From Bacteroidetes bacterium HGW-Bacteroidetes-10 (GTDB taxonomy: Bacteria; Bacteroidota; Bacteroidia; Bacteroidales; UBA932), in contig PHDT01000006.1 of the NCBI GenBank assembly GCA_002842695.1, positions 2,358 to 66,357 of the forward strand: a stretch of DNA of 64,000 nucleotides. The letters run 5' to 3'. Below, one piece after another: positions 19,977-29,273 of this stretch (its first letter is position 1; each line of letters begins with the position of its first letter). The notes under the pieces were generated by a model. That model searched no databases. It was not told the origin of the DNA and saw only the letters and a program-made list of their open reading frames with translations. The position numbers and the translations under genes were made by a program.

Positions 19977-20033
19977 GGCTATTAAGAGATAATTTCCTAC
20001 TTTTACCAACTTATTAAGCAATATTGAATATCT

Positions 20034-21311
20034 ATGCCTAAGCTCAAAGCACAATTGGCGCGGGTTCTGGGAATTACCCCGCTCATGAAGGAGAATCTCA
20101 AGGTTTCACTGAGATCAATCAAGAGCACACGACTCCGTTCTTCGCTTACGATTCTGATTATTGCAATTGGTATTACATCTCTTGTAGGGATACTTACAGC
20201 TACGGACTCCCTTAAGGCTCTTATGACAGATAATTTTGGGAAAATGGGAGCAAATTCATTTTCCATTCGTTCTCAGTTTTCTGATAACGAGACAGGCGGC
20301 AGAAGAGCAAGAATTCTAAACAGAAGAAATATTTCATATCCACAGGCCAGAAGCTTTGCCGAAAAGTTCACCACTCCTTCTGTAATCTCAATTTCTGCTA
20401 CAGCAATTAACAATGCAACAATTAAATACGGCTCAAACAAAACAAATCCAAACATTAGAGTAACTGCAACAGACGAGCATAACCTTACATTTTCAGGGGC
20501 ATCTATTGGAAAGGGACGAAATTTCAGCAAACAGGATATTGAGTCTGCTACATTTACCTGTATAATTGGCTCCGGAGTTCAGACTGCCCTCTTTAAGGGG
20601 CAGGATCCAATTGGAAAGATTGTAAGCGTTGGAGCAGTGAGGTACGAAGTTATCGGAACTATTGCCAGCCAGGGCAGCAGCTTTGGCGGCGGTCCCGACA
20701 ATCAGGTCTGGATACCTCTCTCAAATGCCAGAGGCGCCTTTCTTACGGATAATACATATTATGTAATAAACATCATCCCTAAAGCAGGAGTTGATCAGGA
20801 GAAAGCAATTGAAGCTGCAGAGCAACTCTTTCGCTCTATCCGCAGACTTAGTCCTTCCGATGCGTCTGATTTCAGGGTAACCAAATCTGATGCGTTTCTG
20901 GAAGATATCATGAAAATTATGGGTTATGTAACAATTGCTGCATTTATTATTGGAATCATTACACTTCTTGGTGCAGCAGTTGGGCTGATGAATATAATGC
21001 TGGTATCTGTGAAGGAGAGAACAAGAGAAATTGGTACCAGAAAAGCCCTGGGAGCCAATTCAAAAACCATTAAACAACAGTTTCTGTTCGAATCCATTGT
21101 TATTGGACAGCTTGGAGGTTTATGCGGAATAATTCTTGGGATTATTGTTGGAAACCTTACTGCTCTTTTAATGAAGAGCCCGTTTGTAATGCCATGGCTT
21201 TGGATGTTTATGGGCGTAATGGTATGTCTTGCTGTAAGTGTTCTTTCAGGTTATCTTCCGGCAGTTCGTGCATCTAAACTTGACCCTATCGAAGCTCTTC
21301 GCTACGAATAG
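20034..21311 (+). CDS. FtsX/MacB-type ABC transporter permease
   Basis: 425 aa with an N-terminal TM ([18 protein letters not shown]), a ~250-aa extracytoplasmic MacB-like domain and a C-terminal FtsX 3-TM bundle ([16 protein letters not shown]). No ATPase gene is adjacent. Confidence 0.85.
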   Translation: MPKLKAQLARVLGITPLMKENLKVSLRSIKSTRLRSSLTILIIAIGITSLVGILTATDSLKALMTDNFGKMGANSFSIRSQFSDNETGGRRARILNRRNISYPQARSFAEKFTTPSVISISATAINNATIKYGSNKTNPNIRVTATDEHNLTFSGASIGKGRNFSKQDIESATFTCIIGSGVQTALFKGQDPIGKIVSVGAVRYEVIGTIASQGSSFGGGPDNQVWIPLSNARGAFLTDNTYYVINIIPKAGVDQEKAIEAAEQLFRSIRRLSPSDASDFRVTKSDAFLEDIMKIMGYVTIAAFIIGIITLLGAAVGLMNIMLVSVKERTREIGTRKALGANSKTIKQQFLFESIVIGQLGGLCGIILGIIVGNLTALLMKSPFVMPWLWMFMGVMVCLAVSVLSGYLPAVRASKLDPIEALRYE

Positions 21312-21350
21312 ATTTCAGGAAAACAAGAAATTAAAACGGAATTTTTAGAT

Positions 21351-22121
21351 TTACCTTAATCTGAAGATATAGGTAATTGTTCCCTCCTGAACGGCAGGGG
21401 CAGAGGCGCTGAGGTTGAATTTGGCCTTCATGGCTGCTCTTCTTGATGCCTCCCACAATGTCTTGCTTTGAACAGTTGTTCCCGGAGCTCCTGGCTTGGC
21501 TTCAATTACTGTTCCATATTGGTCAACAGATATTTTAACAACTACTTTCCCGGATTCGTTTACAGTATAATCAGGTTCGGGCAGATTTCCCATAAGGCTG
21601 CGTCCTGCAAGTCTGGCAGAAGGTTCGCCCTCAATTGCTCCGGTCTTTGTGTTGCCATCTGCATGTCCTGCAGATAGACTTTTACTTATCTCTTTAGATA
21701 CCTGTGCCTGAGTCTCATTTTTATTCTGAGCACTGGGAAAAAGTGCCTTTTTGTTAATGGGCTTAGGGCGGGGAGCTTCATATTGTTCGACATCTCCTTT
21801 ATCGCCGGACGTCGCCTCCTCTCCCTTGTTTTGTCCTGCACCTTTTATTGCAGATTCTGAACGCTGAACCAGCCGAACCTCTTCTCTGGGATTTGGATTT
21901 TCTACCCTGGGTTCATGGCCTGATTTAACTTCAATTGGCTTTGGCGGCTCCATTTCAAAATCTACTTCGATTCCAAGCTCTGCAGGAGGAGGATAAACTG
22001 TTTTGAATCCAGTTGAAAAGAAAAGGGTAAATGCAGCAAGGTGAACGCCAATGGCCAGACCGGCACCTATTGTGCGGGCTTTTCTCTCCTGAGGAGTTGG
22101 TCCTTTTGGCAATTTCGACAT
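21351..22121 (-). CDS. tonB: Energy transducer TonB
   Basis: 256 aa with an N-terminal TM, a Pro/Glu/Lys-rich linker and a TonB C-terminal domain (GKVVVKISVDQYGTVIEAK...). It is the last gene of an exbB-exbD-tonB set. Confidence 0.85.
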   Translation of the reverse strand: MSKLPKGPTPQERKARTIGAGLAIGVHLAAFTLFFSTGFKTVYPPPAELGIEVDFEMEPPKPIEVKSGHEPRVENPNPREEVRLVQRSESAIKGAGQNKGEEATSGDKGDVEQYEAPRPKPINKKALFPSAQNKNETQAQVSKEISKSLSAGHADGNTKTGAIEGEPSARLAGRSLMGNLPEPDYTVNESGKVVVKISVDQYGTVIEAKPGAPGTTVQSKTLWEASRRAAMKAKFNLSASAPAVQEGTITYIFRLR

Positions 22122-22139
22122 TACTTGTTTATAATTTAA

Positions 22140-22553
22140 TTATTCAGCGGCAGTTGCCAGTATAATTCTGTACTGGTTGCGCTTTGCAATATTCATAACA
22201 TTTACAACCTGCTCCATTGGAACAGTTTTATCTACGTGAAGAGAGATTGTTGGCTCCTCTTCGTCCATAAGCTCCTGCTGAATCATCCCTTCAATATCTC
22301 CCATTGCAACCGGAGTGTTTTTTCCATTGATATGATATGAAAATGTATTTGATTGGAGATAGTGCTTGATTGATATGCTCACCATTGGCTTTGCAGCAAC
22401 CTGGTTTGTGCTCTTTGGCAACAGCAGTTTAAGTGCATTTGGATTTACCAGTGTAGATGTCACCAGAAAGAATACAAGCAGTAAGAAGACAATGTCTGTC
22501 ATTGAAGACATGCTGAATGACGGATCTACCTTTGAGCGGCGTTTGATTGACAT
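22140..22553 (-). CDS. exbD: Biopolymer transporter ExbD/TolR
   Basis: 137 aa; the block MSSMTDIVFLLLVFFLVTS is typical of ExbD. Confidence 0.88.
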   Translation of the reverse strand: MSIKRRSKVDPSFSMSSMTDIVFLLLVFFLVTSTLVNPNALKLLLPKSTNQVAAKPMVSISIKHYLQSNTFSYHINGKNTPVAMGDIEGMIQQELMDEEEPTISLHVDKTVPMEQVVNVMNIAKRNQYRIILATAAE

Positions 22554-22574
22554 TTTCTTTTGATTATTAGTAAA

Positions 22575-23282
22575 TTATTTGCCGGCAGGTTCGTGGAGAA
22601 GATCCATAAACTCAATAGTATTGCTCTCCATCTTGTAAACAATATTGTCAATTCTGGCAACTAAATAGTTATAACCGAAATATGCAAGAATTCCCACTAT
22701 AAGACCGGCAACAGTAGTTACCATTGCAGTGTAAATACCTCCTGAAAGCAGCGTGATATCAACATTACTTCCGGCCTGAGACATATTGTAGAATGCCTGT
22801 ATCATTCCAATTACAGTTCCAAGGAAACCAATCATAGGAGCTCCGCCTGCAATTGTTGCAAGCATTGGAAGTCCCTTTTCCAGTCTTGATATCTCAACAT
22901 TGCCCATATTTTCTACAGCTGTCTGAATATCGTTGAGTGGACGTCCAATACGCTCAATTCCCTTTTCAATAAGTCTGGCTATTGGAGTTTGCTGTGACTG
23001 ACAAAGGTTAATTGCAGCCTTAATTTTTCCTTCATGTATATAATCGTGGATATTTCTCATGAAATTTTCATCAATCCTGGAGGCTTGTCTTATTGCCCAC
23101 CACCTCTCACCAAAAAGGTAAAGAGTAAGAATTGACAATGCAAGAAGCGGAATCATAATCCATCCGCCTTTGAATGCCATGTCAATCAATGAAAAGGAAA
23201 GTTCCTCCTTAACGGGAACAATTGCCTGAGTTGCAGCCTCTGCGGCATCCTGAGCCATTGCTGCCAAAACTGGAAATATCAT
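22575..23282 (-). CDS. exbB: MotA/TolQ/ExbB proton channel
   Basis: 235 aa with 3 TM segments and the conserved LATIAGGAPMIGFLGTVIGMI block. Confidence 0.88.
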   Translation of the reverse strand: MIFPVLAAMAQDAAEAATQAIVPVKEELSFSLIDMAFKGGWIMIPLLALSILTLYLFGERWWAIRQASRIDENFMRNIHDYIHEGKIKAAINLCQSQQTPIARLIEKGIERIGRPLNDIQTAVENMGNVEISRLEKGLPMLATIAGGAPMIGFLGTVIGMIQAFYNMSQAGSNVDITLLSGGIYTAMVTTVAGLIVGILAYFGYNYLVARIDNIVYKMESNTIEFMDLLHEPAGK

Positions 23283-23365
23283 AGTTGTGCTTTAATAATT
23301 GTTTTCTGTAATACGCAAAATTACAACAATTGAGCCATCTTTCAATGATTATATTGAAAAATGTA

Positions 23366-23373
23366 TATATTTG
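23366..23373 (+). promoter_or_regulatory. Candidate -7 box (TATATTTG) for the Tyr-leader transcript
   Basis: Exact TAnnTTTG match, 17 nt upstream of the first in-frame ATG of the leader ORF (23390). Confidence 0.45.
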
Positions 23374-23389
23374 CACAAGAGACACAGAA

Positions 23390-23470
23390 ATGATCAAAAC
23401 TACCATTAACGCCGCTTACATGTATTATTACTACCGCAGTTCAGCTTCGGTAGGCATTGGTATTGGATAG
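23390..23470 (+). CDS. Leader peptide MIKTTINAAYMYYYYRSSASVGIGIG (or the 16-aa version from ATG 23420) with a YYYY run
   Basis: Short ORF below the track cutoff. Four consecutive Tyr codons (TAT TAT TAC TAC, 23423-23434) overlap segment 1 of a four-segment attenuator that precedes the lyase gene. Confidence 0.65.
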   Translation: MIKTTINAAYMYYYYRSSASVGIGIG

Positions 23471-23498
23471 TTTTTAAAAAGCATACATTACACAAAGA

Positions 23499-23530
23499 GG
23501 GCTTACCATATTGGTAGGCCCTTTTTTTTT
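23499..23530 (+). terminator. Intrinsic terminator in the 5' leader of the lyase gene (attenuator)
   Basis: GGGCTTACCA (23499-23508), loop TAT, then TGGTAGGCCC (23512-23521) form a 10-bp stem, followed by T9 (23522-23530). It lies 32 nt upstream of the ATG at 23563, and no convergent gene needs it. Confidence 0.8.
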
Positions 23531-23562
23531 ACCACTAATTAATAACCCCCAAAAATCAAATT

Positions 23563-25023
23563 ATGAAAAATTCAAATGAGCAAAGCAGTGTGCGGTTCTT
23601 TTCAAGAAGACAAATCCCGGTGGAGATGCACAAAGTTAAAATTGTGCAGAGTATTAATCTTGCAAAACCTCAAAGGAGGCTGGATGCAATAGCGGAGGCC
23701 GGATTTAACACTTTTCTTCTTCAGACAGGCGACATATTTCTTGACATGCTTACTGACAGTGGAACAAATGCAATGAGCGATGAACAGGTTTCTAAAATGT
23801 TTGTTGCAGATGATGCATACGCAGGTTCTAAAAGTTTTCTGAAATTAAAGGAGAGTATTTTAGATGTTCTTGGAAAGGAGCTGGTACTCCCTGTCCATCA
23901 GGGAAGGGCTGCAGAGAATATCATCTCTTCTGCCTATGTTGGAATTGGCTCGCATGTGCCCATGAACTACCACTTTACAACAACACTTGCACATATTGAG
24001 AAGAACGGAGGAAAAGTTGCAGAGCTTTACACACCGGAGGCAATGAAAATATCAAGCAATCATCCCTTCAAGGGAAATATGGATATTGGCAGACTTGAAG
24101 AGTTCATAGTACGTCACGGGAAGGATAGGATACCTTTCATCAGGATGGAGGCCTCTACCAATCTCATAGGCGGGCAGCCATTCTCCATGCAGAACTTCAG
24201 AGATGTAAAAAAGGTTGCAGACAAAAATGGAATCCCGGTTGTACTAGATGCCAGTCTTATTGGAGAGAATGCATACTTCATTCTGAAAAGAGAGCCCGGT
24301 TTTGCCGGTTCTGACATGAGAAGCATTTTGAGGGAGATGTGTTCTCTTGCAGATATTGTATATTTCTCTGCGAGAAAACTGAGTTCTGCCAGGGGTGGAG
24401 CAATCTGTACAAACAGCAAAGAGCACTTTGACAAGATGAGGGATCTTGTTCCACTATTTGAGGGTTTTCTCACTTACGGAGGAATATCTGTCAGAGAGAT
24501 TGAAGCTATGGCTGTGGGGCTTAAAGAAACTACGGATGTGAATGTTGCCGGTCAGTCACCGCAATTTATAGAATACATGGTTAAAGAGCTTCAGGCTTTG
24601 TCTGTCCCGGTAATCTCTCCCGGAGGAGCTCTTGGATGTCATATTGATGCCGGAAGCTTTGCCCCTCATATTCCTCAAAGGGAATATCCTGCCGGAGCGG
24701 TAACAGCTGCTTTCTTTATTATTTCAGGTATAAGAGGAATGGAGAGAGGAACTATTAGCAGCACAAGGGACGCTGAGGGGAATGAAATTATGGCAGATAT
24801 GGAGCTGATGCGCCTTGCTTTGCCCAGGAGGCTCTTCACTCTCTCTCAGATTGAGTTTACTATTGACAGACTGCACTGGTTGTTTGAAAACAGAGACTTA
24901 ATAGGAGGGCTCAGATTTACAGAAGAGCCGCCCGTGCTGAGATTTTTTACCGGGCGGCTCGAGCCTGTCAGCGACTGGCCAAAAAGGCTGCTTGATAAAT
25001 TTCTTAAGGATATTTCAATTTAA
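23563..25023 (+). CDS. Beta-eliminating lyase family PLP enzyme, tyrosine phenol-lyase-like
   Basis: 486 aa. LTDSGTNAMSDEQ, DDAYAGS, HQGRAAEN, NYHFTTT, ENAYFI, SARK (PLP Lys), GIRGMERG and LRFFTGRL align to the TPL/tryptophanase family. The FTTT, MERG and RFFT signatures resemble TPL rather than TnaA. Confidence 0.85.
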   Translation: MKNSNEQSSVRFFSRRQIPVEMHKVKIVQSINLAKPQRRLDAIAEAGFNTFLLQTGDIFLDMLTDSGTNAMSDEQVSKMFVADDAYAGSKSFLKLKESILDVLGKELVLPVHQGRAAENIISSAYVGIGSHVPMNYHFTTTLAHIEKNGGKVAELYTPEAMKISSNHPFKGNMDIGRLEEFIVRHGKDRIPFIRMEASTNLIGGQPFSMQNFRDVKKVADKNGIPVVLDASLIGENAYFILKREPGFAGSDMRSILREMCSLADIVYFSARKLSSARGGAICTNSKEHFDKMRDLVPLFEGFLTYGGISVREIEAMAVGLKETTDVNVAGQSPQFIEYMVKELQALSVPVISPGGALGCHIDAGSFAPHIPQREYPAGAVTAAFFIISGIRGMERGTISSTRDAEGNEIMADMELMRLALPRRLFTLSQIEFTIDRLHWLFENRDLIGGLRFTEEPPVLRFFTGRLEPVSDWPKRLLDKFLKDISI

Positions 25024-26984
25024 TCCTCTTCAAAAACTTCTTCAGGCTCCCCGGTCAGGAGGGAATCGGTCTTTGCTGAATATAAGCTCTCTACAGCTTT
25101 TTTTGCGGCAGGAGAGAGGCTTACTTCTGCTCTTACGGCCATCTCCTGTTCCATACTGATTACCTCTTTGACCCTGAGCCTCTCTGCCAGTAATCTGTAG
25201 TAGTCTTCCTCTTCCTGCTTCAATTTAAAGTCAGGAGTAAACGAACGAAGTGCTCTCTTTGGTGACGGAATTATACTTGCCAGAAAAATTGATTCATTTA
25301 TGTCAAGATCAGATGGCTCCTTGTCAAAATAGAACCTGGAGGCTTCCCGGATTCCGTATATTCCGGGACCCCATTCTATGATGTTGAGGTATACCTCAAA
25401 CATGCGATCCTTGCTGCTTAGTCTGTTTGTCTCAACGAGCCACACAATGAGCATCTCCTCAAATTTTCTGGCGAGGGTTTTATGCCTGCTCAGGAATACA
25501 TTCTTAACAAGCTGCATTGAAATTGTGCTTCCGCCACGAACAAACCTGCGCTCTTTGATGTCCGTAACCAGTGCCTCTCTTATACTCTCTGGCAAGAAAC
25601 CGTTGTGGTAGAAAAATCCGCCGTCTTCTGACTGAAGAACGCACATTTTAAGATAGGGTGAAATTCTGTCCAGTGTTCGGAAGTTTGGATTTGACGGTCC
25701 CACATTGAAAGACTTTACGGGAACTCCTCTTTCATATGCGGTATACTCAAATTCAGAATTAATTCTGCGAAAATCTGTCCGCCCCGGAGAGATAATCCTG
25801 AATTTTCCCGGCCTTAACAATGAGTGGATTTTGAGACTGTCAATATTGGCCATATCAATATCTGCGAAAAATCTGTAGCTCAGGAATCCCTCAGTGGCTA
25901 TCCCCTCGAGGTTCCAGAATAACCCTTTTGGAAAGGATGCGAAGAGTTGATCTGCAGGAAAGTGCTCTTTTGTTACAGAAGCTGTAAAACGCCATGCTGA
26001 GTTTTTCTCGGCTCTGACAAAGGGAGAAAAACTGAGTTTGTTTACTGTAATAACAGATGAGGAGTCCAGCTCGAAATAATTGTTCCCGGTATTAATTCTG
26101 TATGATATATGTCCCTTGTCCAGGATTACATCTTCAGGAGACAGGTTTGTGTGGAATATTGTGAGCCCGTCTGCCAGTCCCTCTCCTGAGAAGGAGATTC
26201 CCTCTTTGTTTTCAGTTGCTTTAACATTAAATGAGAGTGTATCAAACTGAACTCTTGCGCCCCACCTGAATTCAAGAAACGGAACAGAAAATTTACTTCC
26301 ATTTTCTGAATGAATTTGTGTGGAAAGTGATCGCCCCGAGTCATCAAGTTTGCCGCTTGCCCGGAGTGTCTCCCTGAATCCGTTTTCATCTGTAATTATA
26401 GTTGCACTGTAAGTGTCTCTTTTAATTGATGATTCGGGAAGTTTTATGCTGAGGTTGTAGTCGCCGTTAATATACTGAATTTCAAAGTCTGATATTGTGG
26501 CAGTTGATGGAAGGATGTCAAGGAAAAGAGAGTAAAACCTCTCTGCCAGTCTTGAATAGCTTACTGCTGCATCTGTCCGGTTCTCAGGTTTAATATCGGA
26601 TGTGGAACCTGTAGTGGTTTTATAAAGAAACTCGAAGTTTGAAGTTGAATCTCTTTTAATGAATGAAATACGTGTGCCGGATAACTCAAGTTTTGTAATA
26701 TCGGGCCTCAGAAGCAGAAGTTTAAACGCATTCAGCCTAACAACAATTTTTGATGCTCTCATTAACTCCTCTTTCCCAAGGGGTGTTATTGTCAGAGAGT
26801 CTATCCTAACTCCGGCCAGTCCGGAAACCGATAGTTTTTTATAAGAGATATCCAGTGAAAGTTCTTTGTTGACGGACTTGATTCTGGAATTGACAACAAC
26901 CCGCATTATTGGTCCCCTTAGCAGAAACAATGTAAGCAGCAGTGCTGCAGCTGCGAGCAATGCAATTTTAATTTTTCGGTTCAT
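25020..26984 (-). CDS. Transglycosylase (GT51) domain protein with large N-terminal membrane-anchored domain
   Basis: 654 aa with an N-terminal TM. The C-terminal ~200 aa carry GT51 motifs (QSEDGGFFYHNGF, RGGSTISMQLVKN). Confidence 0.75.
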   Translation of the reverse strand: MNRKIKIALLAAAALLLTLFLLRGPIMRVVVNSRIKSVNKELSLDISYKKLSVSGLAGVRIDSLTITPLGKEELMRASKIVVRLNAFKLLLLRPDITKLELSGTRISFIKRDSTSNFEFLYKTTTGSTSDIKPENRTDAAVSYSRLAERFYSLFLDILPSTATISDFEIQYINGDYNLSIKLPESSIKRDTYSATIITDENGFRETLRASGKLDDSGRSLSTQIHSENGSKFSVPFLEFRWGARVQFDTLSFNVKATENKEGISFSGEGLADGLTIFHTNLSPEDVILDKGHISYRINTGNNYFELDSSSVITVNKLSFSPFVRAEKNSAWRFTASVTKEHFPADQLFASFPKGLFWNLEGIATEGFLSYRFFADIDMANIDSLKIHSLLRPGKFRIISPGRTDFRRINSEFEYTAYERGVPVKSFNVGPSNPNFRTLDRISPYLKMCVLQSEDGGFFYHNGFLPESIREALVTDIKERRFVRGGSTISMQLVKNVFLSRHKTLARKFEEMLIVWLVETNRLSSKDRMFEVYLNIIEWGPGIYGIREASRFYFDKEPSDLDINESIFLASIIPSPKRALRSFTPDFKLKQEEEDYYRLLAERLRVKEVISMEQEMAVRAEVSLSPAAKKAVESLYSAKTDSLLTGEPEEVFEED

Positions 26985-27004
26985 AACTTTAAGATAGGGA
27001 AAAT

Positions 27005-27625
27005 TTACATACCAAATGCAATCTTAAGCCCAATCAGAATGAAAATTATTCCTTTAGCTATGCTTATATATCTGGAGGCCGATTCACTTCTGCTGAGGAA
27101 GTTGCCTATATATCCGCTTAATACGGAGACAAGGGAAAATACAATTATTGCCTGAATTATAAATACAACCCCAAGTATGAGCATCTGAAGCGAAATATTT
27201 ACATCTCCGGGAATTACAAATTGAGGTAGAAAGGCAAGAAAGAATAGAGCAACTTTAGGGTTTAGCAGATTCATGAGGATGCCTTGTCTGTAAAGAGAAT
27301 GGTTACTTTTTTCAGGAGCAGCAACAAGACCGGGTAAGCCGCTCTTTTCCCTGAAAGCCTGCCATGCAAGCCAGAAAAGGTAAGCTGCACCGGCATATTT
27401 TACCAGATTAAAAGCAAGAGGAGAGTGCCTGAAGAGTTCAGATATTCCAAAAGCGGCGGCAGTTGTATGAAAAATCAATCCGGTACACAGTCCAAGAGCA
27501 GTTATTATTCCGGCACGCTTTCCGGATGAAATACTCTGAGCAGCAACATAGAGGATGTCTGGCCCGGGAGCGAGTGTAAGCAAGATCGAAGCAAATATGA
27601 ATGCCAGCAGGTTGGTCAGAAGCAC
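27005..27625 (-). CDS. LysE/RhtB-family amino-acid exporter
   Basis: 206 aa with 6 TM segments and the N-terminal LTLAPGPDILYV motif typical of LysE translocators. Confidence 0.8.
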   Translation of the reverse strand: MLLTNLLAFIFASILLTLAPGPDILYVAAQSISSGKRAGIITALGLCTGLIFHTTAAAFGISELFRHSPLAFNLVKYAGAAYLFWLAWQAFREKSGLPGLVAAPEKSNHSLYRQGILMNLLNPKVALFFLAFLPQFVIPGDVNISLQMLILGVVFIIQAIIVFSLVSVLSGYIGNFLSRSESASRYISIAKGIIFILIGLKIAFGM

Positions 27626-27735
27626 AGGGAAAAATTATTTTTATGTGAGTGTAATTAAAAAGGGCGATAAAGAATCAAAATTAATATATAAATTTATACT
27701 CACATTGATTTGGATGATTTAAAAACATAATAATT

Positions 27736-28578
27736 ATGAAAAAGCTTCTATTCCTTATTTCATTTGTACTATTCTTTGCAGTTTCATGCGACAAGGCAGA
27801 AACACAGTTTGCAGATGATAATGACATGATGACTCAGGATGCCGTGATTGAACAGGTTAGCGCAGAATCTAACGGAATACTTGATGAAATCATTTCATTT
27901 GGTATGCTTGGTGTTCAGACAAAGGCAATCTGGGGTGAGAGATTTCTTTCAGAGGGAGTAATCCTTACAGTAAAAGACTCTGCATCAATTAGAATTGTAA
28001 CTGTAGATTTTGGGACAACCGGTGTAAAAGGTGCTGACGGGAAGGTTAGAAGTGGAAAACTCGTTGGTTACTTTTCAGTAACAGACAAGACTAACTTTCA
28101 GCAGAAACTCAGATATGTTGGGTATAAAATTGACGGATATCAATATTCAGGAGAGGTTATAAGAGTAATTACAAGACAGATTGATCTGCACACACAGCAG
28201 GCTGTCATTACAGAAAATGTTAAGGTGGTGTTTCCTGACGGAGTAAAATTCGTTACACGAGTTGCAAATATGACAAGAGTCATTATGCACGGAGAGGTTG
28301 GAACTCTGGAGGATAATTTTATTAAGACTTTCGGGACAATAAGTATCACAAATGAACTGGGTGCTGTTTATACAAAAACAATTGCAGAGACAACACCTCT
28401 GATGTTCAAGGTTATTCCCGGAGAAATAGTTAGCGGAATTGCCAAAATAACTCAGAGAAACGGCAGAAATATTTCTATGGATTATGGTGATGGCACAGTA
28501 GATAATACCGCAACACTAACTGACGGAACCAAAACATGGACTATTCAGCTCAGAAGAGTTCAGACCACACAAAATTAA
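27736..28578 (+). CDS. Hypothetical lipoprotein
   Basis: 280 aa with a signal peptide and lipobox (FFAVSC). I recognise no family. Confidence 0.6.
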   Translation: MKKLLFLISFVLFFAVSCDKAETQFADDNDMMTQDAVIEQVSAESNGILDEIISFGMLGVQTKAIWGERFLSEGVILTVKDSASIRIVTVDFGTTGVKGADGKVRSGKLVGYFSVTDKTNFQQKLRYVGYKIDGYQYSGEVIRVITRQIDLHTQQAVITENVKVVFPDGVKFVTRVANMTRVIMHGEVGTLEDNFIKTFGTISITNELGAVYTKTIAETTPLMFKVIPGEIVSGIAKITQRNGRNISMDYGDGTVDNTATLTDGTKTWTIQLRRVQTTQN

Positions 28579-29186
28579 AGTTTAGACATAGTAAGGCTGA
28601 TTAGCTCTCTTGCAACATCGGAAGCATATACTCCCCTGTATTTTTTCAGGGGACCAATGAGTGCCCAGCCAAAGACTTTCATAAAGCCCATTCCAAGAGT
28701 TTCGCCAAAGCGGAACTCTTTTCTTTTGCCCATAAGAAGAGATGGTCTTACAAATACGGATTTTTCACCAATTATTTTTTCTACCTCCCGTTCCATCTTC
28801 CCCTTTGTGGAGAGATAGAAGTTTTTTGAAGCTGCATTTGCACCAATTGAAGATACAAAGCCGGCAGCCCTTGTACCGGTAGCATTAACCAGTCTGGCTA
28901 TGGTAACGGGAATTGCAAGATCTGTTCTTAAGAATTTATCTTTAGAACCTGCTTTGTTTATTGTTGTTCCTATACAACAGAAATATGCATCTGCCTTTAG
29001 CTCGGGTGCATACTGTTCTAACTTTGAGAAGTCTTTAATAATAATCTGTTCCAGTTTTGGGCTTGCATCCTTTATCCTTTCCCTGACAACAGCTGCAACA
29101 ACTATATCTTCCCTCTCAAGCAACTGTTCAACAACCAGACCTCCGGTGAGGCCGGTTGCGCCGAATACTATTGCTTTGATAATCAT
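28575..29186 (-). CDS. NAD(P)H-binding (atypical SDR-like) protein
   Basis: 203 aa with an N-terminal Rossmann motif VFGATGLTGG. Confidence 0.7.
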   Translation of the reverse strand: MIIKAIVFGATGLTGGLVVEQLLEREDIVVAAVVRERIKDASPKLEQIIIKDFSKLEQYAPELKADAYFCCIGTTINKAGSKDKFLRTDLAIPVTIARLVNATGTRAAGFVSSIGANAASKNFYLSTKGKMEREVEKIIGEKSVFVRPSLLMGKRKEFRFGETLGMGFMKVFGWALIGPLKKYRGVYASDVARELISLTMSKL

Positions 29187-29212
29187 TTTATTCTTAATTT
29201 GAGATATATAAC

Positions 29213-29244
29213 AAAAAACAGGGTCACTTGTTTAGTGCCCCTGT
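29213..29244 (-). terminator. Intrinsic terminator after the nuclease/TonB-receptor locus
   Basis: Minus-strand ACAGGGGCAC-loop-GTGACCCTGT followed by T6, about 30 nt downstream of the stop at 29274. Confidence 0.7.
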
Positions 29245-29273
29245 TTATAATCTTGACTATTAGTTGTTTCTGT

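Noticed and set aside
19059-19985. Long alternative-frame and antisense ORFs (288, 279 and 155 aa) across the rluB repeat
   Set aside because: A 21-nt period repeat keeps all frames open. Only the frame continuous with the S4 and pseudouridine-synthase domains makes a recognisable protein.
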